From positions 12,389-76,388 of the forward strand of contig CAYOXM010000004.1 in NCBI GenBank assembly GCA_964407925.1: 64,000 nucleotides of DNA, written 5' to 3'. The notes beneath the pieces are model-generated. The model was given only the letters and a program-made list of their open reading frames with translations, did not search any database and was not told the origin of the DNA. Positions 32,396 to 41,089 of this stretch are shown piece after piece (position 1 is the first letter of the stretch; every line of letters starts with the position of its first letter). Origin of the DNA: an uncultured Gammaproteobacteria bacterium. Its GTDB lineage: Bacteria > Patescibacteriota > Patescibacteriia > SG8-24. A program made the position numbers and the translations under genes.

Positions 32396-33043
32396 TCAGA
32401 CGTCGCCGAAGAAATGCGCCGCCTCGCCGTCTGCCGGATGCACGCCGACGATCTCGCCCATCGCGCCCTGCGCGTCGAGCGACGCCGCGTTTGCCTCGTC
32501 CGTGTCGAGGTGGATGTTCATCCGGAACGACGGGTGGACGCGGACGATGACCTCGCGCGCGATGAACGGCGTATGTCCGGGAATCGACACGTCAAGCACG
32601 TCGCCGGTCTTGAGACCGAGTTCGGCGGCCTCGGTGTCTGAGCAGTGCAGATGGCGCTGGTCGTTGATGACGCCTTCCTTGAGTTCGATACTCCCCTTCG
32701 GCCCGACGAGCGTGACGCCACCGCCCGAACCCGCGAGGTCGCCGGAGAGCCGGAGCGGGGTCTCGACGCCGAGCGTCCGCCCGTCGCTCCACGCGAGCTC
32801 GACCTGCGTCTGCTTGCGGCACGGCCCGAGGATGCGCGCGGAAACCTCCCCCTTCGGCCCTTTCACCCCGACTTTTTCCTCGTAGGCGAACTGGCCCGTC
32901 TGGGAAAGTTCCTTGATCGGCTTCATCTGGTAGCCGGCGCCGAAAAGCGCGTCCTGATCGGCCTGCGACAAGTGAACGTGGCGGGCGGAATACTCGATGC
33001 GTACTTGGCGTCCGAGCGCTTTGTGCTGATCTGACATAGGCAT
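32396..33043 (-). CDS. pduL: PduL/EutD-type phosphate acyltransferase
   Basis: SARHVHLS, LSQTGQFA, QRHLHC and HLDTDEANAA. Confidence 0.92.
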   Translation of the reverse strand: MPMSDQHKALGRQVRIEYSARHVHLSQADQDALFGAGYQMKPIKELSQTGQFAYEEKVGVKGPKGEVSARILGPCRKQTQVELAWSDGRTLGVETPLRLSGDLAGSGGGVTLVGPKGSIELKEGVINDQRHLHCSDTEAAELGLKTGDVLDVSIPGHTPFIAREVIVRVHPSFRMNIHLDTDEANAASLDAQGAMGEIVGVHPADGEAAHFFGDV

Positions 33044-33071
33044 GAGGTTACGCGATACAGGATAGCACGGT

Positions 33072-34424
33072 TCACATGAATACGGAGGCGAGCCCGAGGA
33101 AGACGAAGAAGCCGCAGCAATCGGTGAGCGTCGTGACGAAAACGGTCGAAGCGAGCGCGGGATCGATGCGCATGCGCTTCATGATGACGGGGACCGCGAC
33201 GCCGCCGAGCCCGGCGACGAGAAGGTTGGCGGTCATGGCAACGAGGATGACGCCGGCGAGGCGGGCGTTGCCCGTCCACGCGTAGGCGATGCCGCCCATG
33301 ATGACGCCGTTCGCGAGGCCGTTCAGCGTCCCGGCGGCGACCTGCTTCGCGACGGCATGGAGGGTGTTCAGGTGCCGAAGCTCGCCGAGCGCGATCGCGC
33401 GGACGACGACGCCGAGCGTCTGCGTCGCGGCGTTGCCGCCCATCCCCGCGATGATCGGCATGTAGGCGGCGAGGATGACGATGCGCTGGATGGTGTCCTC
33501 GAACAGGCTCACGACCCCGGCGGCGAGCACGGCCGTCGCGAGGTTGACGATGAGCCACGGGAGACGCCTGCGGACGGTGAGGAGCACGGGATCGCTGATG
33601 CGATCGTCCTCGTCCACGCCGGTGAGTCGGGAGATGTCTTCCGCGTACTCCTTCTCCATGACCTCGAAAATGTCGTCGGCGGTCACGATGCCGAGCACGC
33701 GCCCCTTGGGCCCGACGACCGGGAGCTCGATGGCGTTATGCTCGTCGAACACCTGCGCCATCTCCTCCTGGTCCATCGTCGGCGGCACGCTCACGACGGC
33801 GGCGTTCATGAGGTCGCCGAGTTTCGCGTCGGCCGCGGCGGTGAGGAGCCGCATGAGCGGCAGCGTGCCGACGAGCGCGTCCTTGTCGTCGGTGACGTAC
33901 ACCTGATGCGACTTCGGTTTCGTCGCCGACTCGCGCGCGATCTGCCGGCGCGCCTCGTCGACGGTGGCGTCCGCGCGGATGCGGAACGCCTCATGCTTCA
34001 TGCGACCGCCGGCGGTCTCCTCGCCGAAAACGAGCAGCGGCATGAGGCCGTGCGGGTCGTTTTTCCTGAGCTCCGCGATGACGCGGTCGCGCTGCCCGTC
34101 CTTGAGCAGCTGAATGAGGTCGACGGCGTCGTCGGATTCGGCCGCGTCGATCATCGCGGCCACTTCCGCCTGCGAAAGCGCGGGGAGCACCGCGTCCTGC
34201 GAGTACTCGCTGAGCTTCAGGAGGACGCGGGAATGCCGCTCCGCGGGGAGCCCCTTGAACATCCTGCGTTTCTCGTGGACGGACAGCGAATCAACGACGT
34301 GGATGACGTCCTCGTCGCCCATCTTCGCGAGCAGTTCGCGGAGCAGCGCGTCCTGGTTGCGGAACAGCATCTCCCTCGCGCGGTCGGCGAACCCCTTCCA
34401 ATTCAGCATCGTCGGTAACGGCAT
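33072..34424 (-). CDS. mgtE: Magnesium transporter MgtE
   Basis: SDDAVD, CBS pair, RLPWL, GMGGNAATQT and VTTLTD. Confidence 0.95.
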   Translation of the reverse strand: MPLPTMLNWKGFADRAREMLFRNQDALLRELLAKMGDEDVIHVVDSLSVHEKRRMFKGLPAERHSRVLLKLSEYSQDAVLPALSQAEVAAMIDAAESDDAVDLIQLLKDGQRDRVIAELRKNDPHGLMPLLVFGEETAGGRMKHEAFRIRADATVDEARRQIARESATKPKSHQVYVTDDKDALVGTLPLMRLLTAAADAKLGDLMNAAVVSVPPTMDQEEMAQVFDEHNAIELPVVGPKGRVLGIVTADDIFEVMEKEYAEDISRLTGVDEDDRISDPVLLTVRRRLPWLIVNLATAVLAAGVVSLFEDTIQRIVILAAYMPIIAGMGGNAATQTLGVVVRAIALGELRHLNTLHAVAKQVAAGTLNGLANGVIMGGIAYAWTGNARLAGVILVAMTANLLVAGLGGVAVPVIMKRMRIDPALASTVFVTTLTDCCGFFVFLGLASVFM

Positions 34425-34444
34425 ACGTGCGGCAGTATAACAAA

Positions 34445-34466
34445 ACCGCGGGAATCAATCCCGCGG
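34445..34466 (-). terminator. Hairpin terminator after the oxidoreductase operon
   Basis: CCGCGGGA-ATCAA-TCCCGCGG followed by a T tract that runs into the mgtE -10 (TGTTATACT). Confidence 0.55.
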
Positions 34467-34473
34467 CGCACGC

Positions 34474-34965
34474 TCATTTATCCACCACTTCGTACTCCTT
34501 GATCGGCTCGTCCGTATACCGGAGGAAGCCGCGCATGAGCCGCGCGACGAGCGTCTTGTCCTTCGACTTGCCGAATTTCTTGAGCCTGTCCTTCGACGTC
34601 CGGAAATGCGTGACCGCCCACTCGATGACGACCGCATTCATCCGCACGACGGCACCGAGCGGTCCGGTGCTGAACAGCTTCGACTCAAGCCGCTTGTTGG
34701 TGATTTCAATGGCGTGGTCCGGACAGACGCGCTCGCACGTCTCGCAGCCGATGCACTTGTCGAGATCGATGTAAATCGCCGGTTCGCCGAGCATGCCGAG
34801 CTCCTTGTCGTGCCAGGAAATCGCGTTCACCGGGCATTTCACGATGCACGAACCGCAGGACTTGCAGAGGTTCGTAAACCGCGTCACGCGAATCTTCGAG
34901 GTCTCCGCGACCTTCGGGGCGAAGCGCATCGGGCCGGTCGAATTGTCGGTCGGAGTGGTTCCCAT
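34474..34965 (-). CDS. 2-oxoacid:ferredoxin oxidoreductase delta subunit (2x[4Fe-4S]) with C-terminal extension
   Basis: CKSCGSCIVKCP and CIGCETCERVCP. Confidence 0.88.
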   Translation of the reverse strand: MGTTPTDNSTGPMRFAPKVAETSKIRVTRFTNLCKSCGSCIVKCPVNAISWHDKELGMLGEPAIYIDLDKCIGCETCERVCPDHAIEITNKRLESKLFSTGPLGAVVRMNAVVIEWAVTHFRTSKDRLKKFGKSKDKTLVARLMRGFLRYTDEPIKEYEVVDK

Positions 34966-34966
34966 A

Positions 34967-35521
34967 TCATTTGACGAGGTCGTAGCCGACGTTGAACGCC
35001 TTCTCGTTGAGGTCCTTGAGCGAGGGATCCTTCTCGTACTTGTCCTTGAACGTCTTCTCGAGCGCCTTGCCGAACGACGCCTTGTCGAGCACCGGCGTGA
35101 GCTTCAGCATCGCGCCCATCACGATCATGTTGAACGTCCGCGGCTTCTTGAGCTGCAGTTTCGCGATATTGCCCGCGTCGACGAGGTGCGGCGCCCACTG
35201 CCGGACGCGCGAGACGTCATGCACGAGCGTGCTGTTCACGACGACCTTCGTGCCTTCCTGCAGGTACTCGAACGTGCGGTCGATGGCGCGCTGCGACATG
35301 GCGACCCACAGGTCTGCCTTGGCGAACTTCGGAAACGGGATCGGCTCGTCGCCGATCTGCGCGAACGCGATGGAAATTCCGCCGCGTTTCTCGGTACTGA
35401 AGTACGGCACGTAGAGCGTCTGCTTCCCCTGCATCCACGCGGCATACGCCATGATTTTCGCGATCGAAAGCACGCCCTGCCCGCCCTCGCCGCTAATGAC
35501 GATCTTGAACGGCTCGGCCAT
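34967..35521 (-). CDS. 2-oxoacid:ferredoxin oxidoreductase gamma subunit
   Basis: GEGGQG, EKRGG, NMIVMGA and NEKAFNVG. Confidence 0.93.
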   Translation of the reverse strand: MAEPFKIVISGEGGQGVLSIAKIMAYAAWMQGKQTLYVPYFSTEKRGGISIAFAQIGDEPIPFPKFAKADLWVAMSQRAIDRTFEYLQEGTKVVVNSTLVHDVSRVRQWAPHLVDAGNIAKLQLKKPRTFNMIVMGAMLKLTPVLDKASFGKALEKTFKDKYEKDPSLKDLNEKAFNVGYDLVK

Positions 35522-35522
35522 A

Positions 35523-36266
35523 TCAGTAGGTCTTCACGGGGTAGACGCCGGCGAGCGTGTTCTCGAGGAAATCGAACGTCTTCCAGGGGTTGTCCATCGT
35601 CTTCCAGTTCAGCGTGCACGGCGAGAGCACTTCGACGAAGGTAAACCCGCGCCCCTCCTTGTGGAACGTAAGCGCGTCCGTCATCAGCTTGCGCAGGCCA
35701 ATCTGCCGGCTCGTGATGCCGCGCGCCACGAACGCGTTCGGGTTCACCTGACGGATCATCTCGGGACCCTTCATGTAATACTGGTCGGCGCCGCACGGAG
35801 CGGTGTCGACGACCATGCCCGGGAGCGTGGTCGGCGCTTCTTGACCTCCGGTCATGGCGTACACGGCGTTGTTCACCACGATGACCATGATCTTCTCGTC
35901 ACGAATGGCCGCGTTCATGAGGTGCCCGCCGCCGATGGCGTACCCGCCGCCGTCACCGACGTACGCGACGGTCAGCGCCTTCGGATTGGCGCGTTTGAAC
36001 CCGACCATCGTCGGGATGGTTCGGCCGTGGTGCGTCTCGATGGTGTCGACATTGAAGTAGTCCCAAGCGAGGAGCGAGCAGCCGATGTCGACGCCGAAGG
36101 CGAGCTCCTTCTGGATACCAAGGTCGTCGATGGCATGACCGAGCGCCTTGAGCACTTCCGGATGCCCGCAGCCGGGACAGAAGAGGTGCGGCTTGGATTC
36201 GATCCGCACGCATTTCGGAAACGCCATCTTCACCTCGCTCTTGTCCATGAAAAGTTTCTTCGCCAT
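35523..36266 (-). CDS. 2-oxoacid:ferredoxin oxidoreductase beta subunit (TPP-binding)
   Basis: FCPGCGH, IGCS, GDG...NN and MTGGQ. Confidence 0.95.
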   Translation of the reverse strand: MAKKLFMDKSEVKMAFPKCVRIESKPHLFCPGCGHPEVLKALGHAIDDLGIQKELAFGVDIGCSLLAWDYFNVDTIETHHGRTIPTMVGFKRANPKALTVAYVGDGGGYAIGGGHLMNAAIRDEKIMVIVVNNAVYAMTGGQEAPTTLPGMVVDTAPCGADQYYMKGPEMIRQVNPNAFVARGITSRQIGLRKLMTDALTFHKEGRGFTFVEVLSPCTLNWKTMDNPWKTFDFLENTLAGVYPVKTY

Positions 36267-36267
36267 A

Positions 36268-37398
36268 TCATTGTCCGGACGCGAACGTGACGAGTTCGGT
36301 CGGCGTTATGCCCATCGACGGCCGTTCGTATCCCACGACCGGCGCGGACGCGTGGCCGTACAGGGAGTTGCGGACGAAGCGGCCGAGCTGGTCGAGGGCG
36401 GATTCGGGCACGAGGATTTTCCGCGCGCCTTTCGCGGCGGCACGAAGGGCATCGTCGGGGAACGGCCGGAGCGTGATCGGACGGAACAGCCGGGCCTTCA
36501 CGCCCCTCTCTGCCAGCGTCTTGATCGCGGCGCGCGCCGAAGCCGCGACGATGCCGTGCGCGACGATGAGCAGGTCCGCGTCCTTGTCGCCGAACTCCTC
36601 GTGCGCCGCGACCTGCGGCGCCATCTTGTCCCACGCCTCCTTGATTTCCATGTTGACGGCGAGCGTCTCCTCTTCGAGGTTCAGGCAGTTGCGGAAACAG
36701 TCGTACGACGTGCCGTCGGGCCCCTTGCGGATGTGCATTTCCGGCGACGGAACGAGCCCCTCGAGCGGCCGCGTACGGCTCTTCTCGAGCATGTACGCCT
36801 CGGTCGGTTCCATGACGATGCCCTTCTCTTCGGGCGAATACACCTCGACCTCCCCCATCATCTTGTTAAGGTAGCCGTCGGAAAGCAGGAAGGTCGGAAA
36901 CCGGTACTTCCAGGCGATGTCGAAAACCTTGATGCCGAAATCGTACAGCTCCTGAAGCGTCGACGGGGAATAGACGATTCGGTAGCCGTTGCCGTTGCCG
37001 CCGTAACAGGCGAGGTTCACCTCGGACTGCGAATAAATGACGGTGGACGTCGACGGGCCGCCGCGCTGGCCGATGTACGCGACGACGGGAAGGCGCATCG
37101 CTTCCGCCATTGAAAACGCGTCCTGCATCAGGACGTGGCCGGGACCGCCGGTCGCGGTAAAACTCTTCACGCCGGCGAGCACGGCGCCGAGCAGCATGAA
37201 GCTCGCGCCGATCTCGTCCTCGGCCTGGAGGAACACGAGACCGTCCTTCTTGCCCTTATCGCCGCACGATTCTTTGGACCAGAAATGCAGGATCTCCGAC
37301 GTCGGTGTGATCGGATAGCCGTACATCGCCTTCACGCCCGCCGCCAAAGCCGCGCGCCCGAGCGCCTCGTTGCCCATGAGGAATTTCTTCTCAGCCAT
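36268..37398 (-). CDS. 2-oxoacid:ferredoxin oxidoreductase alpha subunit (KorA/VorB-like)
   Basis: GNEA, GYPITPTSE, QAEDE, RGGPST and TLRPFP. Confidence 0.95.
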   Translation of the reverse strand: MAEKKFLMGNEALGRAALAAGVKAMYGYPITPTSEILHFWSKESCGDKGKKDGLVFLQAEDEIGASFMLLGAVLAGVKSFTATGGPGHVLMQDAFSMAEAMRLPVVAYIGQRGGPSTSTVIYSQSEVNLACYGGNGNGYRIVYSPSTLQELYDFGIKVFDIAWKYRFPTFLLSDGYLNKMMGEVEVYSPEEKGIVMEPTEAYMLEKSRTRPLEGLVPSPEMHIRKGPDGTSYDCFRNCLNLEEETLAVNMEIKEAWDKMAPQVAAHEEFGDKDADLLIVAHGIVAASARAAIKTLAERGVKARLFRPITLRPFPDDALRAAAKGARKILVPESALDQLGRFVRNSLYGHASAPVVGYERPSMGITPTELVTFASGQ

Positions 37399-37447
37399 GC
37401 GGATGCAGTTAGCTACGGGGACACTATACCACGGTCACGGTGGCCGT

Positions 37448-37475
37448 GGGGACTGTCCCTATGGGGACAGTCCCC
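37448..37475. repeat. REP-like palindrome
   Basis: GGGGACTGTCCC-TATG-GGGACAGTCCCC, a perfect 12-bp stem. Confidence 0.6.
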
Positions 37476-37484
37476 TGTGGATAA
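37476..37484 (-). promoter_or_regulatory. Perfect DnaA box upstream of the oxidoreductase operon
   Basis: TGTGGATAA, the reverse complement of TTATCCACA. Confidence 0.5.
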
Positions 37485-37513
37485 CGAAAGACCGGCTTTC
37501 GCCGGCCTGCGTT

Positions 37514-37849
37514 TCAGTCAAAATTATCCGCCCAAGGCGAACGCTCCTCCTCGCGCATCCAGTACAGCTCGCCGCCCTCCGCGACGACGGTCACCGCCTT
37601 GAGGCGTTGACCTTCGGCACCGACGACGTTCTCTCCCGTCGCGGCCTCGAACTGCGCGCCGTGCCAGCTGCACACCAGTTTCTTCTCACCGTCATAGCGG
37701 ACGGCGCCGCCCATGTGCGGGCACTTGTTCTCGAAGGCCTTGAGCTCGCCCTTCACGTTGGCGACGAGAATCATCTTCCCTTGCGCGACGAACGTCTTGC
37801 CGCGTCCCGCAGGGACGTCGCCCGTTTTCCCCAACAGTATCTTCTGCAT
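37514..37849 (-). CDS. Rieske [2Fe-2S] ferredoxin
   Basis: CPHMG...CSWHG. Confidence 0.93.
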   Translation of the reverse strand: MQKILLGKTGDVPAGRGKTFVAQGKMILVANVKGELKAFENKCPHMGGAVRYDGEKKLVCSWHGAQFEAATGENVVGAEGQRLKAVTVVAEGGELYWMREEERSPWADNFD

Positions 37850-37851
37850 GG

Positions 37852-38583
37852 TCAGGCGTTCTGCGGCTCTTTCTTCTTCGCCGCCTTCTCGTGCCCGAAG
37901 GTGTAGTTGAAGATGTCGGACTTCACCTTGCCGCGCGTGCGCATGTACACCTCGCACATCAGGTACTTCACGGCGATGTTCAGGCGTCCGTCGCGGTCGA
38001 AACGGCGGACGGACACCGGAATCTTGTAGGTCTTGAGCAGGCCGAACTTCGCGACCTTGCCGATGCGGTTCACGTAGTCATGATCCTCGGCCAGCTTGAT
38101 TTCGGGATCGAAGCCGCCGATTTTGTCGTGAATCGCCTTGCGCGCGAAAATGCAGAACCCCGGCGCGTGCGGCAACGTCTCCTGCGTGACGAACATGAAG
38201 TAGTTGAAGACCTCGTGGAACACCTTGTCGATCTTCTTCTCGGAGATCGGGTCGATCTTGCAGGTCGCGGCGCCGAAGGTGCGCTTCTCGAATTCGGCGA
38301 CGGTCATCTGCAGGAACCACGGGTCGGGCAGGACGACGTCCGCATCGAGGAACAGGAGGTTCTCGCCCTTGGCCGCGGCGGCGCCGTTGTTGCGGCCGAC
38401 GGCGACCTTGCCGCCCTCGACCACGCGCGCGCCAAAAGAGGCCGCGATTTCGCGTGTCTTATCCGCCGAGTTCGCGTCGGCGACGATGATCTCGTAGTCC
38501 TTGTAGGTCTGGCCCTGAATGGACCGGAGCAGAAACGGGAGATATTCCTCTTCGTTGTACGTCGGGATGACGATGGAAAGCAT
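37852..38583 (-). CDS. Glycosyltransferase family 2
   Basis: SIVIPTYNEE, FLDAD and AEDHD. Confidence 0.93.
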   Translation of the reverse strand: MLSIVIPTYNEEEYLPFLLRSIQGQTYKDYEIIVADANSADKTREIAASFGARVVEGGKVAVGRNNGAAAAKGENLLFLDADVVLPDPWFLQMTVAEFEKRTFGAATCKIDPISEKKIDKVFHEVFNYFMFVTQETLPHAPGFCIFARKAIHDKIGGFDPEIKLAEDHDYVNRIGKVAKFGLLKTYKIPVSVRRFDRDGRLNIAVKYLMCEVYMRTRGKVKSDIFNYTFGHEKAAKKKEPQNA

Positions 38584-38668
38584 AGGATGGTCCGTCACAG
38601 CGTAGCAGGAGCGAGTGCCGCATGGGAAGGGCGTTTCGCTCTGCCGCACGCGGCGGGCAGGACCAAAG

Positions 38669-38697
38669 AATATAGCAGAAACTAGCGAAAAAGTCAA
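38669..38697 (-). promoter_or_regulatory. Sigma70 promoter
   Basis: TTGACT-N17-TATATT with an extended TG. Confidence 0.7.
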
Positions 38698-38764
38698 TGG
38701 TTTTGCCAGGTATGCGGCAACAAAAAAGGCCTTGATTAGCGATTTTTTTGCGTCTCCGGAAAGC

Positions 38765-39226
38765 CTATTTTGGCGCACCCGACAACGCGTAGAGGGCTAC
38801 ACCGCAGGCGACCGCGACATTGAAGGATTCCTTGATCCCGACCATGGGAATTTCGACCGTCGCCTCGAGCCGTTTTCGGAGTGCGGGAGAGAGCCCACGC
38901 ACTTCGTTTCCGACGACGAGCGCGAGTTTCTTCGGCGGGCGATATCCGCCGATGGGCACCGAACCGGCGCACCGTTCGAGGCCGACTCCGGCATACCCCT
39001 CTTTCTTCAATCGCTCCACCACGCGCCAGGCATGACCGCTCTTCTCCCATGGGACCGCGAGTTCCGCGCCGAGCGCGACTTTCTTGAGACCGTTCTGCTC
39101 CGGCGTTCCCGTAATGCCGCACAGGAAAATTTTTTTCACGCCGAAACCGTCGGCGGTCCGGAACATCGAACCAACGTTATGCAAAGAACGGATGTTATCG
39201 AGGACGAGGACGATATCTGGACGCAT
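38765..39226 (-). CDS. SpoU/TrmH-family RNA methyltransferase
   Basis: LDNIRSLHNVGSMFRT, VGNEVRG and IPMVG.KESFNVAVA. Confidence 0.93.
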   Translation of the reverse strand: MRPDIVLVLDNIRSLHNVGSMFRTADGFGVKKIFLCGITGTPEQNGLKKVALGAELAVPWEKSGHAWRVVERLKKEGYAGVGLERCAGSVPIGGYRPPKKLALVVGNEVRGLSPALRKRLEATVEIPMVGIKESFNVAVACGVALYALSGAPK

Positions 39227-39255
39227 GGGTGAAAATCGGCTATCCTCCGCAGGAT

Positions 39256-40572
39256 ATGAAATTCGGCGACAAGGCCGTCCTGAAAATCACGGACGTCGAC
39301 AAGAAGGGACGGGGCTGCGGTCTCGTCGGCGAGCGCGCGGCCTGCGCCAACTTTACCGTTCCCGGCGAGGAAGTCGAGGCTCGGCTCGTCGCGCGGCGGC
39401 ACGGCATGCTGCGGATGGAAATCGAGAACGTCCTCGTCGCGTCGCCGCACCGCGTCGCTCCCCGCTGCCCGTACGCCGGCAAATGCGGCGGCTGCGCGTG
39501 GCAGCAGTTTGATTACGCCTACCAGCTCTCTCTGAAACGCGATCTCGTAAACCGCGCGTTCGCAGCCGGAGGACTCGCGGAACGCATCGACGCAGTCATC
39601 CCCGCGCCAGACCTCTTTTATTATCGCAACCGGATGGACTACTGCGTCGGTTGGAAGGGCGAAGTCGGCCTCAAGGAACCCGGCAGGTGGAACGCCTACG
39701 TGGACTTGGACGAATGCCACCTGCTTTCCCCCGATGCCGTCAAGGCGATAGGACGGTTCAGGTCGTGGATGCGCGAGAATGCCGTCGCGCCCTGGGACGC
39801 GAAGCGGCAGACGGGCTACGCGCGATACCTCGTCATCCGCGAAGGCAAGAATACCGGCCGGCGCATGATAACGGTCGTCACGTCCGAGGGGACGCTGCCC
39901 GGAAGGGACGGGCTTGTCGCGGCGCTCGCCGAATTCGCGACGACCGTCTACCACGGGATAAATCCGACCGTCACCGACCTTTCGACCGCCTCGCGCCTGG
40001 AACTGCTCCACGGGGAACAGTTCCTCGAGGAGACGGTCGACGGCCGCACGTTCGCCATCCATCCGAATTCTTTCTTTCAGACGAACACCGCGATGGCCGA
40101 ACGGCTCGTCGGAACGGTCCGCTCGTTCATCGGGGAACGGAAACCGCGCGCTCTCCTCGACCTGTACTGCGGCGTCGGCCTGTTCGGCATCTGCCTTGCC
40201 GGCGACGCGACGAAGGTCGTCGGCGTCGAAATCGACGGGCAGGCGATCGACATGGCACGCGAGAACGCGAAACGGAACGGCGTCGCCAACGCGGCGTACT
40301 TCGCCGACAAGGCCGAAGGGCTCGTCTGGGAAAAGGAGCGGCCCGACCTCGTCATCGTCGATCCGCCACGCGCCGGCCTGCACCACAAGGTCGTCGCGAC
40401 GCTTCTCGCCAACGCCCCCGAGCGCATCGCCTACGTCTCGTGCAACTACGAGAGTTTCGTCCGGGACTTCAAGGACCTCGCCGCCAAGTACCGCATCGCG
40501 GAAGTCGCCGCCCTCGACCTGTTCCCCCATTCCGCGCATGTCGAACTCGTCGCGATGCTGGAACGAAAATGA
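39256..40572 (+). CDS. rlmD: 23S rRNA m5U methyltransferase, RlmD/TrmA family
   Basis: TRAM domain, C...CGGC, SFFQTN, DLYCGVG, DPPRAG and YVSCN. Confidence 0.9.
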   Translation: MKFGDKAVLKITDVDKKGRGCGLVGERAACANFTVPGEEVEARLVARRHGMLRMEIENVLVASPHRVAPRCPYAGKCGGCAWQQFDYAYQLSLKRDLVNRAFAAGGLAERIDAVIPAPDLFYYRNRMDYCVGWKGEVGLKEPGRWNAYVDLDECHLLSPDAVKAIGRFRSWMRENAVAPWDAKRQTGYARYLVIREGKNTGRRMITVVTSEGTLPGRDGLVAALAEFATTVYHGINPTVTDLSTASRLELLHGEQFLEETVDGRTFAIHPNSFFQTNTAMAERLVGTVRSFIGERKPRALLDLYCGVGLFGICLAGDATKVVGVEIDGQAIDMARENAKRNGVANAAYFADKAEGLVWEKERPDLVIVDPPRAGLHHKVVATLLANAPERIAYVSCNYESFVRDFKDLAAKYRIAEVAALDLFPHSAHVELVAMLERK

Positions 40573-40591
40573 CCGCGCCGGCGCGGTCATT
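40568..40591. terminator. Perfect 24-bp palindrome over the rlmD stop
   Basis: AATGACCGCGCCGGCGCGGTCATT. Confidence 0.55.
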
Positions 40592-40656
40592 GCGTTTTCA
40601 GGGGAAAGAAAACCGGTTCGCGAAGCGAAACCGGCGAAGTTTTTTTCGAAATTGCC

Positions 40657-40881
40657 TCAATTGAGGCAGGTCAGCGTCCCGTCGGGGACGAGGGACAGGA
40701 GGGTCCAAGGCAGCATGCGTGCGACGGACCGGGGAACGGACCATCGGGGAAGATCGTGAGCGAGAGTGCCGCAACGGCGGATTTTCCTTGCGGTAGCGGT
40801 GCGCTCGTGGCGCTCCGCCACACCTTCGAGGATTTCCGTACGCAGCCTGTTGGCCTCGCGTCGCGTCGTCTTATTCGTCAT
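40657..40881 (-). CDS. 74-aa basic hypothetical protein
   Basis: GGAGG SD and a consensus promoter upstream; fills an otherwise empty gap. Confidence 0.55.
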   Translation of the reverse strand: MTNKTTRREANRLRTEILEGVAERHERTATARKIRRCGTLAHDLPRWSVPRSVARMLPWTLLSLVPDGTLTCLN

Positions 40882-40997
40882 CTTAGCCTCCGATGAGGAA
40901 TGCGCATCGCGTGAACGTGTCTCGTGCGGGGCTTGCGACCCCGCAGGCCGAAACCCTCCCGGACCCCTTTGCGCTGGTGTCGAGGAACGATGACTTA

Positions 40998-41026
40998 AGC
41001 CTAGCGGGGCCGAACGGCCCTGTCAA
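40998..41026 (-). promoter_or_regulatory. Sigma70 promoter for the small ORF
   Basis: TTGACA-N17-TAGGCT. Confidence 0.6.
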
Positions 41027-41089
41027 CGCCGGCGAACCCCGCCGACTGGCATAATCACGGCGGAACGGGTACGCTCTCCGCGTAAACCT

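Noticed and set aside
38588-38665. tRNA-sized segment ending in ACCA
   Set aside because: No TTC T-loop and no correct acceptor-stem pairing on either strand. Kept only as a possible structured leader.
40885-40990. c-di-GMP-I riboswitch suggested by CGCAAAG
   Set aside because: The upstream P1 stem, GNRA-capped stem and remaining consensus are missing.
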